From the IMG/VR virus record IMGVR_UViG_3300021431_000087, positions 1 through 64,000 of that record: a stretch of DNA of 64,000 bases, one strand, 5' to 3'. The notes below the pieces were generated by a model that made no database searches, was not told the origin of the DNA, and worked only from the letters and a program-made list of their open reading frames with translations. Origin of the DNA: a virus (lineage: Duplodnaviria; Caudoviricetes). The first letter of the stretch is position 1, and each line of letters opens with the position of its first letter. This document shows positions 63,173 through 64,000 of this stretch, piece by piece. A program made the position numbers and the translations under genes.

Positions 63173-63730
63173 TTAGTTATCAAAAGCAAACACCACACGA
63201 CACTCATATTCTCCTGTCGATTCAATGCCCTCACAAAGGGAGACAAGACCAAGCCACTCCACATAGTCAGCATAAGGCTTCATCGTTTCGTCCTCCTGTT
63301 TGAAGCAATCATCAAAACACTGCCTTAACTCCTGTGTGGTAAGCCATGAATGAGAATGAAGGTCTGGGTCTGTTATCGTAAGGTGGTTTTCATCCACCCA
63401 TTTTGAGCAACCTAATTCTACCCATTTTTCAGCCATTTCCTTTAAGCAGTAACGCTCTCCCCAGTCTGCTGCCGCTTTATCGTCTGTTACGTACAAATAG
63501 AAACTGTTACGAGTAGCCCAATCTATTATGTCATTTGGAAGCCCACGTGGTTCAAACTGAACTTTATAATAATCACCATATGCTCTCACATTTGCCATTC
63601 GTGCAAACATTCCGTATATACGGCAACGAAACTCACCCAAGAAACCGACATTGTACCATTCGTTTCTTTCATTAGGATAAGATTTTTTCCTCCTTCTCCG
63701 TTCTACTCTTAAATGTATATCACAACCCAT
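63173..63730 (-). CDS. Conserved phage protein (MGCDIH family)
   Basis: 'MGCDIH', 'PRGLP', 'HSHSWLT..EL', 'RVVFAFDN'. Confidence 0.75.
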   Translation of the reverse strand: MGCDIHLRVERRRRKKSYPNERNEWYNVGFLGEFRCRIYGMFARMANVRAYGDYYKVQFEPRGLPNDIIDWATRNSFYLYVTDDKAAADWGERYCLKEMAEKWVELGCSKWVDENHLTITDPDLHSHSWLTTQELRQCFDDCFKQEDETMKPYADYVEWLGLVSLCEGIESTGEYECRVVFAFDN

Positions 63731-63734
63731 AGCT

Positions 63735-64000
63735 CTATATGTTTATTATTTTTCCGTACTTTTTCAATTCTTCAACCATCCATCCGTAACCGCAAAAACC
63801 TTTTGATTGTTTTTCGGCTTTCTTGGCTTCGGATGGAGTGACAAACTTTACTTCAACACAAGCCGACCACCCGTCATCCCAATGGTAATAAAAGCGACCC
63901 TCTTTGAGATTGGGATAAATAGGTTTACCTCTCATGGTAGCCGTGCAAGTCATCGCATAAAAACGACCTTCACCACTCCATTTCCCGTTCCAACTACCCA
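63735..64000 (-). CDS. Hypothetical protein, 5'-truncated by the window edge
   Basis: Frame open to the edge (...GSWNGKWSGEGRFYAMT...WDDGWSA...SKGFCGYGWMV). Confidence 0.65.
   Translation of the reverse strand, partial: GSWNGKWSGEGRFYAMTCTATMRGKPIYPNLKEGRFYYHWDDGWSACVEVKFVTPSEAKKAEKQSKGFCGYGWMVEELKKYGKIINI

Larger units (their letters stand above)
1..64000. mobile_element. Temperate siphovirus-like phage of Bacteroidales (partial genome, probably excised form)
   Basis: Portal, scaffold, major capsid, neck, tail tube, tape measure, tail tip, holin/endolysin, integrase/xis and CI/Cro are all present. There is no contractile sheath gene and no host housekeeping operon. Promoters match the Bacteroidetes TAnnTTTG/TTTG consensus. 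Confidence 0.95.

Noticed and set aside
1-64000. Stop-codon reassignment (TAG/TGA) as in some gut phages
   Set aside because: Long genes are intact under the standard code, and TAG/TGA end genes at sensible, tightly packed boundaries (e.g. 24842, 58862, many ATGA overlaps).

Overview
The whole 64 kb window reads as part of one temperate, long-tailed (sipho-type) phage of a Bacteroidales host, probably Prevotella-like. This rests on TAnnTTTG (-7)/TTTG (-33) promoters, a DUF3127 SSB, a Bacteroides-type tyrosine integrase and Bacteroides-type head genes. No host housekeeping context is visible, and a likely intact attP (6157-6420) sits between the integrase and the tail genes, so this looks like the excised or virion form. 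Left to right: recombination genes (DUF3127, PD-(D/E)XK nuclease, Sak4-like ATPase); LuxR/Cro/CI switch; xis-int-attP; tail fibre/adhesin genes including a 2116-aa protein with a CotH-kinase-like domain; lysis cassette (GH19 endolysin, holin); tail tip and tape measure; a GIY-YIG-RAMA gene; an uncharacterised 7-gene cassette interrupted by an HNH homing endonuclease; tail and head genes with an embedded glycosyltransferase; a metK/mtnN SAM-cycle operon containing a tRNA-like element; an inverted portal gene; and about 35 small accessory genes, including two RNAP alpha-CTD-like proteins and a vWA + divergent adenylosuccinate-synthetase module. The best candidates for undescribed systems are the PurA-like/vWA module, the 'CCC'-protein cassette with its own regulator, palindrome and antisense RNA, the SAM-cycle operon, and a 17-bp palindrome found at five regulatory regions. 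No terminase, DNA polymerase, methyltransferase or reverse transcriptase was recognised in the window. All family calls come from motif recognition by eye, not database searches.
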